From positions 1,276 through 65,275 of the forward strand of contig NZ_CAMKRR010000009.1 of assembly GCF_946415235.1 (NCBI RefSeq): a stretch of 64,000 bases of DNA. Reading direction: 5' to 3'. Within the stretch, counting starts at the first letter, position 1. The number at the start of each line of letters is the position of its first letter. This document shows, in pieces, positions 9,622 through 18,734 of the stretch. The position numbers and the translations under genes are program-made. The notes under the pieces are model-generated. The model searched no databases and was not told where the DNA came from. It worked only from the letters and a program-made list of their open reading frames with translations. The DNA is from an uncultured Ruminococcus sp. GTDB taxonomy: Bacteria; Bacillota; Clostridia; Oscillospirales; Ruminococcaceae.

Positions 9622-11751
9622 ATGAATAAATTTATAAAAAAAGGATGTACAGCTCTTATCGCTGTTGTTACCCTTGCTTCATCGCTGACGGCGTTTACAG
9701 ATCGCAGCGGTGATAAAAAAGCTGTGGCTCTGGCTGCTGTAAATATAAACAGCCCGATCGCTGAAAGCAGCAGCGTCAGTGCGGGCGCATATACGATCCC
9801 GGAGCTGAATATTCCCTCAAAGGATATCCCAAACACAGAGGGTATCAATTTCGTAAAGGATATGCGACTCGGCTGGAACCTCGGAAACACGCTGGACGCA
9901 ATCGATGATACAGGCTGGGTAGGCAGTGAAATGGGCATAGAGACCTGCTGGAACGGCGGCTACAAGACCTCAAAGGAAATGATAGACACTGTTAAAGCCG
10001 CAGGCTTCCGAACTGTAAGGATTCCCGTTTCATGGCACAATCACGTTGACGGAAGCTATAATATAACCAAGCAGTGGATGGACAGAGTTCAGGAAGTCGT
10101 TGATTACGCTATTGACGACGGTATGTACGTGATCCTCAATGTTCACCATGATAACGATCTGAAATATATGTATCCCGATTCTGCTCATTATGAGCAGTCA
10201 AAAAAGTATATGACAACTGTATGGTCACAGATAGCCGACCGCTTCAAGGACTATGACAACAAGCTCATATTTGAGACTATGAACGAGCCAAGACTTGTCG
10301 GACATCAGAATGAATGGTGGATAAATCCTTCAAACGGCGATTGTATCGACGCTATCAAGACTATAAACAAGCTCAATCAGGACGTACTTGATACTATCCG
10401 TTCATCAGGCGGCAATAACGGTACAAGATATGTAGCTGTTCCGGGTTATGACTGCTCCGTAGACGGTGCTACTAACGAGAATTTCAAGCTTCCTGCGGAT
10501 TCAGCTCAGAACAGACTGATAGTTGCCGTCCATGCATATCTCCCCTATGGATTTGCACTTGCAGAGGAAAGCGATTCTCAGAGCGTCAATTACTTCAATA
10601 TAAATACCGATACGGGAGAGATACAGCAGGCTATCGACAAGGTGTACAATCAGTACACTTCAAAGGGTATCCCCGTATATATCGGTGAATACGGTGCTCG
10701 TGACAAGGGCGGCAACGTACAGCCCCGTATTGACTGTGCCTCCTACTTCACAGCTTATGCATCCTCAAGAGGAATAACCTGCTGCTGGTGGGACGATATC
10801 AGCTTTATGCTCCTTGACAGATCAAACTGCACATGGAAGCAGCCTGAGATCGTTCAGGCAATAAATAAATATGCAAGAGGCGACGCTCAGTCAACTATCG
10901 TTACAACTGTTTCAAAGCCTGTAACTACCACAACAACTACCACGACTGCCCCTATTTCCGACAGCAGTAAGATATACGGCAAGAAAGGTTCGGAAGGAAG
11001 AGTCGACTTCGGCAAAGCTATCGGTGAGACTGCCTTTGTTGAAGTAAAATTCTCAAGCAATACAAACTTTATGAACGGCTGTCTCGGATTTTCACCTTCA
11101 ATTGACGGCAAGAATTACTGGGTAGCATATGTGTGGGAAACAAATAAGTCCGATACTATCACCATTGATATCAATTCACCAAAGCAGATAATGGACGTTT
11201 CTTCGACAGAAGCAGTTGCTATTACATATGAAGAAACCATCGCAAAGCTCGTTTCAATTATAAAAGAGCAGAAATCAGCTATTCTTCAGGCTTGGTACGC
11301 TTCCGACAAATCGGGCAAACAGATAGATCCTGCTGAATCAGGTGCTGAAAGTCTTGAAGCATTCATCGTTTCGGACAGAAATTCAAACGAAACAACTACC
11401 ACAACGACCACCTCCGAAACAACAACAACAACAACTACTACTACTACTGCTGCTGCTTCCACTGAGACTTCTTCGTCATCGACCTCCACAACCACGGAAA
11501 AAACCGAAAACATCAAGTATGGTGATTCAAACTGCGACGGTCAGATCGATCTTGCAGATGCTGTTCTTATCATGCAGGAGCTCGCAAATCCTTCACGCTA
11601 TGGTATAAACGGAACTGATGAAAAGCATATTACTGAGCTTGGCCTGAAAAACGCAGACTGCTATATGACCGGTGACGGTGTTACAAACAACGATGCTGTT
11701 GCGATACAGAAGTTCTGTCTCAACCTTTTGGAACAATTCCCTGCTTATTGA
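9622..11751 (+). CDS. Cellulosomal GH5 (subfamily 4-type) endoglucanase: signal peptide, GH5, Thr linker, ~135-aa CBM-like module, Thr linker, group-1-type dockerin
   Basis: Start MNKFIKK at 9622 after gaaagga. LGWNLGNTLDA, VRIPVSW, NVHHD, FETMNEPR (acid/base), IGEYGA (nucleophile). Dockerin GDSNCDGQIDLADAVLIMQELANPSRYG from 11521. Confidence 0.93.
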   Translation: MNKFIKKGCTALIAVVTLASSLTAFTDRSGDKKAVALAAVNINSPIAESSSVSAGAYTIPELNIPSKDIPNTEGINFVKDMRLGWNLGNTLDAIDDTGWVGSEMGIETCWNGGYKTSKEMIDTVKAAGFRTVRIPVSWHNHVDGSYNITKQWMDRVQEVVDYAIDDGMYVILNVHHDNDLKYMYPDSAHYEQSKKYMTTVWSQIADRFKDYDNKLIFETMNEPRLVGHQNEWWINPSNGDCIDAIKTINKLNQDVLDTIRSSGGNNGTRYVAVPGYDCSVDGATNENFKLPADSAQNRLIVAVHAYLPYGFALAEESDSQSVNYFNINTDTGEIQQAIDKVYNQYTSKGIPVYIGEYGARDKGGNVQPRIDCASYFTAYASSRGITCCWWDDISFMLLDRSNCTWKQPEIVQAINKYARGDAQSTIVTTVSKPVTTTTTTTTAPISDSSKIYGKKGSEGRVDFGKAIGETAFVEVKFSSNTNFMNGCLGFSPSIDGKNYWVAYVWETNKSDTITIDINSPKQIMDVSSTEAVAITYEETIAKLVSIIKEQKSAILQAWYASDKSGKQIDPAESGAESLEAFIVSDRNSNETTTTTTTSETTTTTTTTTTAAASTETSSSSTSTTTEKTENIKYGDSNCDGQIDLADAVLIMQELANPSRYGINGTDEKHITELGLKNADCYMTGDGVTNNDAVAIQKFCLNLLEQFPAY

Positions 11752-11775
11752 GATTTGAATATACCCTCCACTATA

Positions 11776-11814
11776 TTAAAAGGCTTTCATTGACTTGAGA
11801 GCCTTTTAATTTTT
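11776..11814 (+). terminator. Intrinsic terminator
   Basis: ttaaaaggctttca/tgagagccttttaa stem with T-rich tail. Confidence 0.75.
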
Positions 11815-11857
11815 GCACTCAATATGTTAATTATTTATAAATTATCAGCATCATTCA

Positions 11858-11886
11858 TTGAAAATACAGTAAAAATATGCTATAAT
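11858..11886 (+). promoter_or_regulatory. SigA-type promoter, extended -10
   Basis: TTGAAA-17-TATAAT with TG at the extended -10 position. Confidence 0.7.
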
Positions 11887-11965
11887 ATAAAAAATCATAA
11901 TATATGAGGAATACTGCTTGATCTTAACTTTTAAGTATTTCTTTTATCCTTTCTTACTAACTTAA

Positions 11966-13174
11966 ATGAAAGCGAGTGATCTAATGAATTTTACTTCCGA
12001 AGATATCAGGGCTGCTCTTAAAAAAGGCGAAATATGTGCTTATTATCAGCCTCAGTATGATACTGTCACAAGCAAGATCAAAAGTGCGGAAGCTCTCGCA
12101 CGATGGATCAAGCCTGACGGTTCGCTCATATCACCTTTCTTTTTCATTCCCGTTGCGGAAGAAACCGACCTCATCATGGACATCGACTGGCATATTGTTG
12201 AGCTCGTCTGCAATACACTCTGCAAACAGGAAGGATATGCGCGCCACAGGATTTCCATTAACTTCTCAAGACGTCATATCTATGAGGAAAACTTCACGGA
12301 AAAGCTTTCTAAGATCGTTGACAGCTACGAATTGCCTCATAAGCTAATTGAAATAGAAATTACCGAATCTGCAATGGTTAATGACGCTCAGAAGATACTT
12401 GAGTGGATAAATTCTGCAAGATCAGCAGGCTTCAGGATCGCTATAGACGATTTCGGAAGCGGACTTTCATCACTTCAGTTCGTCAAGGATGTTCCCGCAG
12501 ATGTTCTGAAAATAGACAAATCACTGCTCAGTCAGAACTGTGAGAACGAAAAAGAGCGTATAGTTCTTGAGAGTATATTCAATTTTGCTCACCGTCTGCA
12601 TATGCGTACGATCGCTGAAGGCGTGGAAACAAAGGAGCAGCTCGCATTTCTGCGTACCTGCGGATGCAACAGGATACAGGGCTATATCTTTGCAAAGCCT
12701 ATGCCGGAGGAGGACTATCTTGCAATATGCAAGCTTGATAAAAATGCGGAGGAACCTGCCGATATACTGCAGCTGCAAAGCCCCGCAAGCGCGATAAATC
12801 TTCTTATGGGAGTTATTTTCCGCCGATATCCCCTTGTTATATTCTCGAATCTTTCACGTAATACATTCTATATGATGGCATATCAGGATTTTACGTCAAC
12901 AAGCTGCCCGTCGGCAGGTATTTTTGATGAGCTGATCTTTCATGGGACTCAGACAATGTATCCCGATGATAAAGATATTTTTGCCTCAACATTTGACAGG
13001 TCAAATCTAATACGCGATTATGCAAACGGTAAGTCTGAGATACGCCTTGTTACTCGTCAGCTGGGAGACGACGGCATCTATCGGCGTGTAGAAACTACTG
13101 TATATTTCCTTAAAAGCGACTCGTCGGACGATCTCCTTACAATAACATTATGCGACAATCTTCCCGACGAATGA
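11966..13174 (+). CDS. EAL-domain c-di-GMP phosphodiesterase with C-terminal PAS-like domain (start may be 11984)
   Basis: YYQPQ, AEALARW, SINFS, EITES, DDFGSGLSS, KIDKS, AEGVET, QGY intact; C-terminal YPDD...R..GDDGIYRR is PAS-like. Confidence 0.9.
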   Translation: MKASDLMNFTSEDIRAALKKGEICAYYQPQYDTVTSKIKSAEALARWIKPDGSLISPFFFIPVAEETDLIMDIDWHIVELVCNTLCKQEGYARHRISINFSRRHIYEENFTEKLSKIVDSYELPHKLIEIEITESAMVNDAQKILEWINSARSAGFRIAIDDFGSGLSSLQFVKDVPADVLKIDKSLLSQNCENEKERIVLESIFNFAHRLHMRTIAEGVETKEQLAFLRTCGCNRIQGYIFAKPMPEEDYLAICKLDKNAEEPADILQLQSPASAINLLMGVIFRRYPLVIFSNLSRNTFYMMAYQDFTSTSCPSAGIFDELIFHGTQTMYPDDKDIFASTFDRSNLIRDYANGKSEIRLVTRQLGDDGIYRRVETTVYFLKSDSSDDLLTITLCDNLPDE

Positions 13175-13266
13175 TAATATTTGCTTTAAAATCCGCTATT
13201 TTACTTTTATTTACAAAATTACAGCAATTTTTGAACATTTAATGTCAATTCTGCTTAATTTTATTA

Positions 13267-13295
13267 TTGACTTTATATTAAAATTGTGATATTAT
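13267..13295 (+). promoter_or_regulatory. SigA-type promoter, extended -10
   Basis: TTGACT-17-TATTAT with TG. Confidence 0.7.
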
Positions 13296-13338
13296 TATAT
13301 TAGAGAAATAGTTCGTTCAGACCGAGGTGATTGATACT

Positions 13339-15228
13339 ATGAACGCAAAACTGAGAACTATTGCATTCTTCGGATGCAGCTTCACCAGCAGATACAGACA
13401 GGACCTGTGCAGAACATTTAATATTGCCGCGGAAGAGTTGAAGATCAACATAGTATACATCAACTCGCTCGGCAAAATAGGCAATAAAAACGCACAGTAC
13501 GGCGACTACGAGTTTGACCTGATAGATATGATCGACCTCAGACAGTTTGACGGTATAATTTTTGACGGCGAAGGCTACAATGTTGAGGGTATGGCGGAAA
13601 AGGTAATACACAAACTTAAAGAAGCATCATGCCCCGTTATATCCATAAGTACTCATGTAGATGGTTTTTATAATATCGAATTCAATGATACGGGCGGTAT
13701 CAGAATGCTTATAGAGCATTTTATCGATCATCACCACTTTACAAAGATCGGATTCATGTCAGGCTACCTTAGTCATCCCGACGCTCAGATACGACTTAAG
13801 GAGTTTCAGACAATTATGACTGAAAGAGGCCTGCCCGAAAACGGTGTAGGTATGTTTGAAGGTGATTTCTGGTTCCATAAGGGAGAAGAAGCCGCCGATT
13901 ACTTCCTTTCTCAGCCCGAAGTTCCGGAAGCTATCGTATGTGCAAATGACTATATGGCAATAGCACTTATCACTGCTCTGAAAAAAAGAGGTATACGTAT
14001 TCCCGATGATATTGCTATTTCGGGTTTTGACGGTACCTTTGAGGGACAGGAATTCCTTCCTCATCTTACTTCGGCAACGAGAGAGAGAGTTCAGATCGCA
14101 CGTAAGTCTCTTGCTCTTTTTGAGAGCCTTTGGAACAAAAAAGGCTTTGATATGGACCTGAATATTTCTTCAAAGGCAATATATAATCAGTCATGCGGCT
14201 GTTCAAAGCTCGATTATAAATTTGAAGCTGAAAATGTCAACAGAGTCTATGAGATAAACCGTAACTTCAGCTATAACCTGTACGATGCGGAATCGGCTCT
14301 TCTCAAGCTCAATAAGGTCGACAGCCTGCTGATGCTCGGCAATGTCTTCATCGAGACCTCCATAAATTTCGGCGATTACAATTCATTCTTCCTTATGCTT
14401 CATAAGGATACCAGCGGAAAGCTTTCCAGCGACAGTGATTTCCTCTGCCCGTCAGGTGAATTCACTCCTGCCGTGTGGATAGATAAAAAGAATGAATATA
14501 CCGAGTCAGAGCATTCGTTCAATGTATCATCGCTTATACCGAAATCATTATCGGATAAGCCTCACGTCTTTTATGTCATGAGCGTTCACTGTGTTGAAAG
14601 AATGTTCGGTTATGCGGTTATAGAAATGAACAGCAAGGAGATATTCAACGAGTTCTATAATGTCTGGCTCCTTAATATGGCAATGACAATTGAAACTCTT
14701 TATAAAAACGATAAGATCAGCAAGCTTATCGGGAAGCTTGAAAACCTCAGTATTCGTGACGGTCTTACAGGTATGCTCAACCGACGCGGGTTTGACGACC
14801 ATTCACGGGAGGCTATACGTCAGTTCACCTCCAGAAGAACAGTCTGCACCATGGTCATAGATATGGACGGTCTAAAGCATATTAACGACGATTACGGTCA
14901 CTACGAGGGCGACCGTGCTATCAAATCGGCCGCCGAGATCATCAATCAGTGCTGTGATTCTGGCGAAATTGCAGGCAGAGCCGGCGGTGATGAGTTCTAT
15001 ATCTTTGCACCGAAGTATTCGCAAAGGCAGCTCGACAGATTTATTGAACGTCTGCAAAGCGCTATAGAAAGGCACAATCGCCACTCCAATAAACCTTATA
15101 ATATCGAACTGAGTTTCGGTTCATTCCTGATTGAAACCGATTCAAACGCCAAGCTCGAGGATTATATCAAAATAAGCGACTCAAGAATGTATGAACAGAA
15201 ACTGTCCAAGCCTGGCAGAAGAAAATAA
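13339..15228 (+). CDS. Diguanylate cyclase with N-terminal LacI-type sugar-binding sensor domain
   Basis: ATG 13339 after gaggtga. Sensor FEGDFW, EAIVCANDYMA, IAISGFDG, SCGC; DGLTGMLNRRGF, DMDGLKHINDDYGHYEGD, intact RAGGDEF. Confidence 0.9.
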   Translation: MNAKLRTIAFFGCSFTSRYRQDLCRTFNIAAEELKINIVYINSLGKIGNKNAQYGDYEFDLIDMIDLRQFDGIIFDGEGYNVEGMAEKVIHKLKEASCPVISISTHVDGFYNIEFNDTGGIRMLIEHFIDHHHFTKIGFMSGYLSHPDAQIRLKEFQTIMTERGLPENGVGMFEGDFWFHKGEEAADYFLSQPEVPEAIVCANDYMAIALITALKKRGIRIPDDIAISGFDGTFEGQEFLPHLTSATRERVQIARKSLALFESLWNKKGFDMDLNISSKAIYNQSCGCSKLDYKFEAENVNRVYEINRNFSYNLYDAESALLKLNKVDSLLMLGNVFIETSINFGDYNSFFLMLHKDTSGKLSSDSDFLCPSGEFTPAVWIDKKNEYTESEHSFNVSSLIPKSLSDKPHVFYVMSVHCVERMFGYAVIEMNSKEIFNEFYNVWLLNMAMTIETLYKNDKISKLIGKLENLSIRDGLTGMLNRRGFDDHSREAIRQFTSRRTVCTMVIDMDGLKHINDDYGHYEGDRAIKSAAEIINQCCDSGEIAGRAGGDEFYIFAPKYSQRQLDRFIERLQSAIERHNRHSNKPYNIELSFGSFLIETDSNAKLEDYIKISDSRMYEQKLSKPGRRK

Positions 15229-15256
15229 AAATGTCCCCTTTCGGGGACATTTTTTA
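15226..15256. terminator. Bidirectional intrinsic terminator
   Basis: aaaaatgtcccc-tttc-ggggacattttt. Confidence 0.88.
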
Positions 15257-15313
15257 TGTATTGATGTTTTTTATCAATAAAACGAATTAAGCGACAGCGT
15301 TGATCTCCGAACA

Positions 15314-15898
15314 TTACAGTTCCTGATACATCATACCGTGCTTTGTACAGTACCAGACAAGTCTGCCTGATCTGTAAACAGGCATGGTTATCTGTATATT
15401 CCACTCGGGATACTGTTTAAATACTGTCACTGTATTATCCCTGACATATGCTACAAACGAGATATAATGCTCCTTTTTCATTTCATGGGCGGTGTGTATG
15501 TACAATTCACCGCCTATATCTTCAACTTTTAACCTCTCGCTTTCTTCGGCTTTTCTCGGCTCTAATGCAGTGAGCTTACTGCCGCAGCAGATTATGGACG
15601 CATCCGAAGTTGCTGTGATAATATTCCCGCATTTCGGACAAACATAGAATTTCATCTTTTTCATATTACCTTTCTCGCTTTCTTTACTTTCAATATTTCC
15701 CGATAATAGAACACTGATATCAGTCCCCAGTATGCCTGCGAGCTCTGAAAGGATGGATATATCGGGGCATCCGTGCCCTCTTTCCCATTTGGAAACAGCC
15801 TTATCGCTGACATTCAGTTTCTCCGCAAGCTGCTTCTGTGTGAGTTTGAGCTCGTTCCTGAGGGTCCTTATGAGCTCTCCCGTCTTTTCCTGATCCAT
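15314..15898 (-). CDS. XRE-family HTH regulator fused to a desulfoferrodoxin/superoxide-reductase-like domain
   Basis: Start MDQEKTG at 15898. LTQKQLAEKLNVSDKAVSKWERG.G.PD; C-terminal YVCPKCGN...CCG, HEM..EHYI, YCTKHG. Confidence 0.88.
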   Translation of the reverse strand: MDQEKTGELIRTLRNELKLTQKQLAEKLNVSDKAVSKWERGHGCPDISILSELAGILGTDISVLLSGNIESKESEKGNMKKMKFYVCPKCGNIITATSDASIICCGSKLTALEPRKAEESERLKVEDIGGELYIHTAHEMKKEHYISFVAYVRDNTVTVFKQYPEWNIQITMPVYRSGRLVWYCTKHGMMYQEL

Positions 15899-15938
15899 TT
15901 TATCACCTCTTTTTTGTTTCATAGCTCCTTCTTTTATA

Positions 15939-15982
15939 ATTATAGCTTAAAATAATATCACAGTCAATCTACGATCAGTAGA
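15939..15982 (-). promoter_or_regulatory. SigA promoter with adjacent palindromic operator candidate
   Basis: Minus strand TTGACT-17-TATAAT (15939-15967); palindrome TCTAC-N5-GTAGA at 15968-15982 abuts the -35. Confidence 0.7.
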
Positions 15983-15986
15983 GATG

Positions 15987-16024
15987 AAAAAAGTCTGTAT
16001 AAGATATTTTATACAGACTTTTTT
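15987..16024 (-). terminator. Intrinsic terminator of the GH43 gene
   Basis: 16-bp stem aaaaaagtctgtataa/ttatacagactttttt. Confidence 0.85.
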
Positions 16025-16032
16025 CTTTTTAT

Positions 16033-18573
16033 TTAATCATTTATGATGAGCTTACGCATAAGGCAAAGATCAAAAATATCTATTCTGTTGTCACGGCAAA
16101 GATCTCCGTTATGCCAGTTTGTCAGGCTGCCTCTTCCGAGAAGGAAACGCTGCATTACTGCGAGGTCAGCGACAGTAAATTCTCCGTCACCGTTAACATC
16201 ACCTTCTGCCTCGGCTTTCCCGCTTATTTCATCTGATGTAAGAGCGCATTTGTATATCTTTATATTGTCAATGCTTCCCTTGAAGTTACTGTCATCCGAG
16301 TAATACGACTTACCGAGATAACAGCTCGTTCCCGAACCCATATCGGCAAGCTGGCCGTGCGTTTCGGTCGTATGCAGGACTTTCCTGCCGTCAATATAAA
16401 GCTTTGTATCCGCCCCGTTCACAACAAGTGTATAATTATGCCATTCCGTACCGTTCAGATCGTACACAAGTTCTGTCTCATCGCGCCATGAATCAGTAGT
16501 TGCGGCAAATCTGAACAGATCTTTTGCAACACGGAAGAAAACGTACTTTTCATCGTTCTTTCCTGCGGCAAAGGTAAAGAAATTGCCATCGGACTCCGAT
16601 CTGATATCCATACTTACAGTATAGTCACGGCAGCCGTCAAGCATACCCGTCGGAAACACGGTGTATGACTCATCGCTTCCGTCGAAACAGAGCACATTTC
16701 CTTTCTGCTGATCCTGTATAACGGATACTCCTCCATTAAGACTAAGATTGCCAAGACTGCCTTCAAAATCTATGTCAACATAAGGCTTTGGCTTATCACA
16801 TTCACTTACAGGAATTCCGAAAACCTTTACTTCGTAAACTGTAGGTGTATACCAGTTATTGTCGGGATTGTTCTGAAGTGTGGCGTTTTGAACATTAAGC
16901 CGCACATACCGCGCTTTGCCCGAAAGCATATCACTGTTGAAGCCGTATGTTTTATTTACGGTCTCACTGCTTTTATCGGTATGGTCGAGTAGCTTTGTCC
17001 AGTTCACTCCGTCAAGGCTGCCTTCAACAGTATAGGTATAATAACCCTCAGAGCCCTTGCAGATATACCATGAGGTCTGTATATTGGAAAGCTTGCATAC
17101 CCTTTCAAGATCTACCTGCAAATAAAAAGGCCATTTCTTATAATCTCCTATAGCAGTAAAAGAGCTCTGATACGAACCGTCAAAGGCTTTGGAGGGTGAA
17201 CTGCTGCTCTTTGCAGCAAGTGATGATGAAGCAGGTCTGTCCTGTGAAAGCAGCTCACCCTGCTGAACAGGATAAAGCTCTCCCGTAGCTGTATTATACT
17301 TAAAATAAGGACAATAATCATAAAACGCAAAGCCGTTGTCGAAATAGAGCGGACAAAGTGTTGTTCCGCTCGTTGATGAAGATCTCAGCCAGCGGTAAGC
17401 GTGCATGATGTAATTCTTGTCCTGCATATTTACTATCCAGCCGGACTGTGACGAAAAAGTTGAAGTGTTTCCGATGCTGCGGAGCTCGCTCCACTCCCCC
17501 TTAAGATCTTTTGTCACGCTGTATGCACCGCTGCTCGGATACCAGCCTGCCGCCTGAGAGGTAAAGAGAAAATAATAGTCGTCTTTTTTTATAAGATTCG
17601 GGAATTCACGGTACTGATCCTCAAAAAGTGTGGTCACTACCTCAGTAACATCGCTGTAATCGTCGTTCATTCGGAATATATACATGGTCGCATTTGCTCC
17701 CTGCCCCTCTTTGTTGGCAGCTGCGATAAGATATCCCGAACCGTCATCATCAAAAAATATAGCCATATCACGTACCTGTATACCGAGCGGATTGTACACA
17801 TGATGCACGGTAAACTGTCCGCCCGGAGTTCCTGTGATAACAAGCGCCTTGCCGTCACTGTATCCGCTTGGCTTTTCCCAGTGCGCCCATACAACGACCT
17901 TGTTCTTTTCGGGAATATAGTCTATATGGACTGATTCTATCTTGCAGCTTGCAAGCGCGGAATTCTGTGAACTGTCAGCAGCATTTCTCTCGCTGCCAAA
18001 GTGTATACCGTCGCTTGAAACAGTCTCGGCAAGGTATATGTCGTCCTTCCCCGAATGTTTTTTCAAAGAGTAGCTGTAGTAGGTATTGCCGACTTTATAT
18101 CCGTTTGTATCATATTTAAGGCTGCTTCCCTTCTGATTGTCATACGTATTCAATCCCGAAGGCAGAACACATGGTGTAAGCGACTTTACCGAGGAACAAA
18201 GCTCCTTGCCTTTTGATGTGACTTTTAGCTGATAATAGTAAGTTGTTCCCATATCCATATCATTGTCACAGAATGAGTTTCCGTTTCCTTCATAGATACT
18301 GATAAAATTGCTCTCGGGATCTGTCGAGCGGTAAAGAGTATATTTGTCGGCTGAAAGAGTCGTTGCCCACTGTAGTTCCGCATGATCTGCGTTTTTACCG
18401 TCCGCAATGCAGAAAAGGTTTCCGACAAGTCCGATATCATCTGATACGGCGACCGACTCAGCCGATACATAATTATTTGCGTTTCCTTTAAAGCTGGTGC
18501 CTGTCAGCAGCATTGCCGAACTGCATACAGCAGCGGCAAAGAGCTTAAATAAGCTTTTTAGATAAACATTCAT
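16033..18573 (-). CDS. Cellulosomal GH43 (subfamily 24-like, galactanase-related) protein: signal peptide, FN3-like, GH43, F5/8-type C (CBM32-like), LamG/ConA-like, dockerin (group 3/6-type)
   Basis: KIES, WAHWE, RDM..F.DDDG.GY.I.AAN, REFP.L.K...YYFLFTS...GWYP and SQ align with Ct1,3Gal43A-type GH43_24. KAFDG...W...LQVDL...ARYVRL is F5/8C. GDVNGDGEFTVADL...NWHNGDLCRDNRIDIFDLCLMRK is the dockerin. Confidence 0.82.
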   Translation of the reverse strand: MNVYLKSLFKLFAAAVCSSAMLLTGTSFKGNANNYVSAESVAVSDDIGLVGNLFCIADGKNADHAELQWATTLSADKYTLYRSTDPESNFISIYEGNGNSFCDNDMDMGTTYYYQLKVTSKGKELCSSVKSLTPCVLPSGLNTYDNQKGSSLKYDTNGYKVGNTYYSYSLKKHSGKDDIYLAETVSSDGIHFGSERNAADSSQNSALASCKIESVHIDYIPEKNKVVVWAHWEKPSGYSDGKALVITGTPGGQFTVHHVYNPLGIQVRDMAIFFDDDGSGYLIAAANKEGQGANATMYIFRMNDDYSDVTEVVTTLFEDQYREFPNLIKKDDYYFLFTSQAAGWYPSSGAYSVTKDLKGEWSELRSIGNTSTFSSQSGWIVNMQDKNYIMHAYRWLRSSSTSGTTLCPLYFDNGFAFYDYCPYFKYNTATGELYPVQQGELLSQDRPASSSLAAKSSSSPSKAFDGSYQSSFTAIGDYKKWPFYLQVDLERVCKLSNIQTSWYICKGSEGYYTYTVEGSLDGVNWTKLLDHTDKSSETVNKTYGFNSDMLSGKARYVRLNVQNATLQNNPDNNWYTPTVYEVKVFGIPVSECDKPKPYVDIDFEGSLGNLSLNGGVSVIQDQQKGNVLCFDGSDESYTVFPTGMLDGCRDYTVSMDIRSESDGNFFTFAAGKNDEKYVFFRVAKDLFRFAATTDSWRDETELVYDLNGTEWHNYTLVVNGADTKLYIDGRKVLHTTETHGQLADMGSGTSCYLGKSYYSDDSNFKGSIDNIKIYKCALTSDEISGKAEAEGDVNGDGEFTVADLAVMQRFLLGRGSLTNWHNGDLCRDNRIDIFDLCLMRKLIIND

Positions 18574-18618
18574 TTCTGTAGTTCAACTCCTTTTTTATTA
18601 TTTTCTGTCAAGCATATT

Positions 18619-18647
18619 ATATCACGGCAAGGAATATATTGCAATAT
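18619..18647 (-). promoter_or_regulatory. SigA promoter of the GH43 gene with a 12-bp palindrome over the -35
   Basis: Minus strand TTGCAA-17-TATAAT; perfect palindrome ATATTGCAATAT at 18636-18647. Confidence 0.6.
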
Positions 18648-18734
18648 TTCTATGGAATTTATCTTTACATATCTTTCATATTTATGGTATAATGTTATCA
18701 TAAAATATACGCTGATAAAAAGGAGGTATAAGCT

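Noticed and set aside
11393..11493. Trinucleotide-like aca/act runs as phase-variable repeats
   Set aside because: They encode an ordinary Thr/Ser linker; unit changes would keep the frame.
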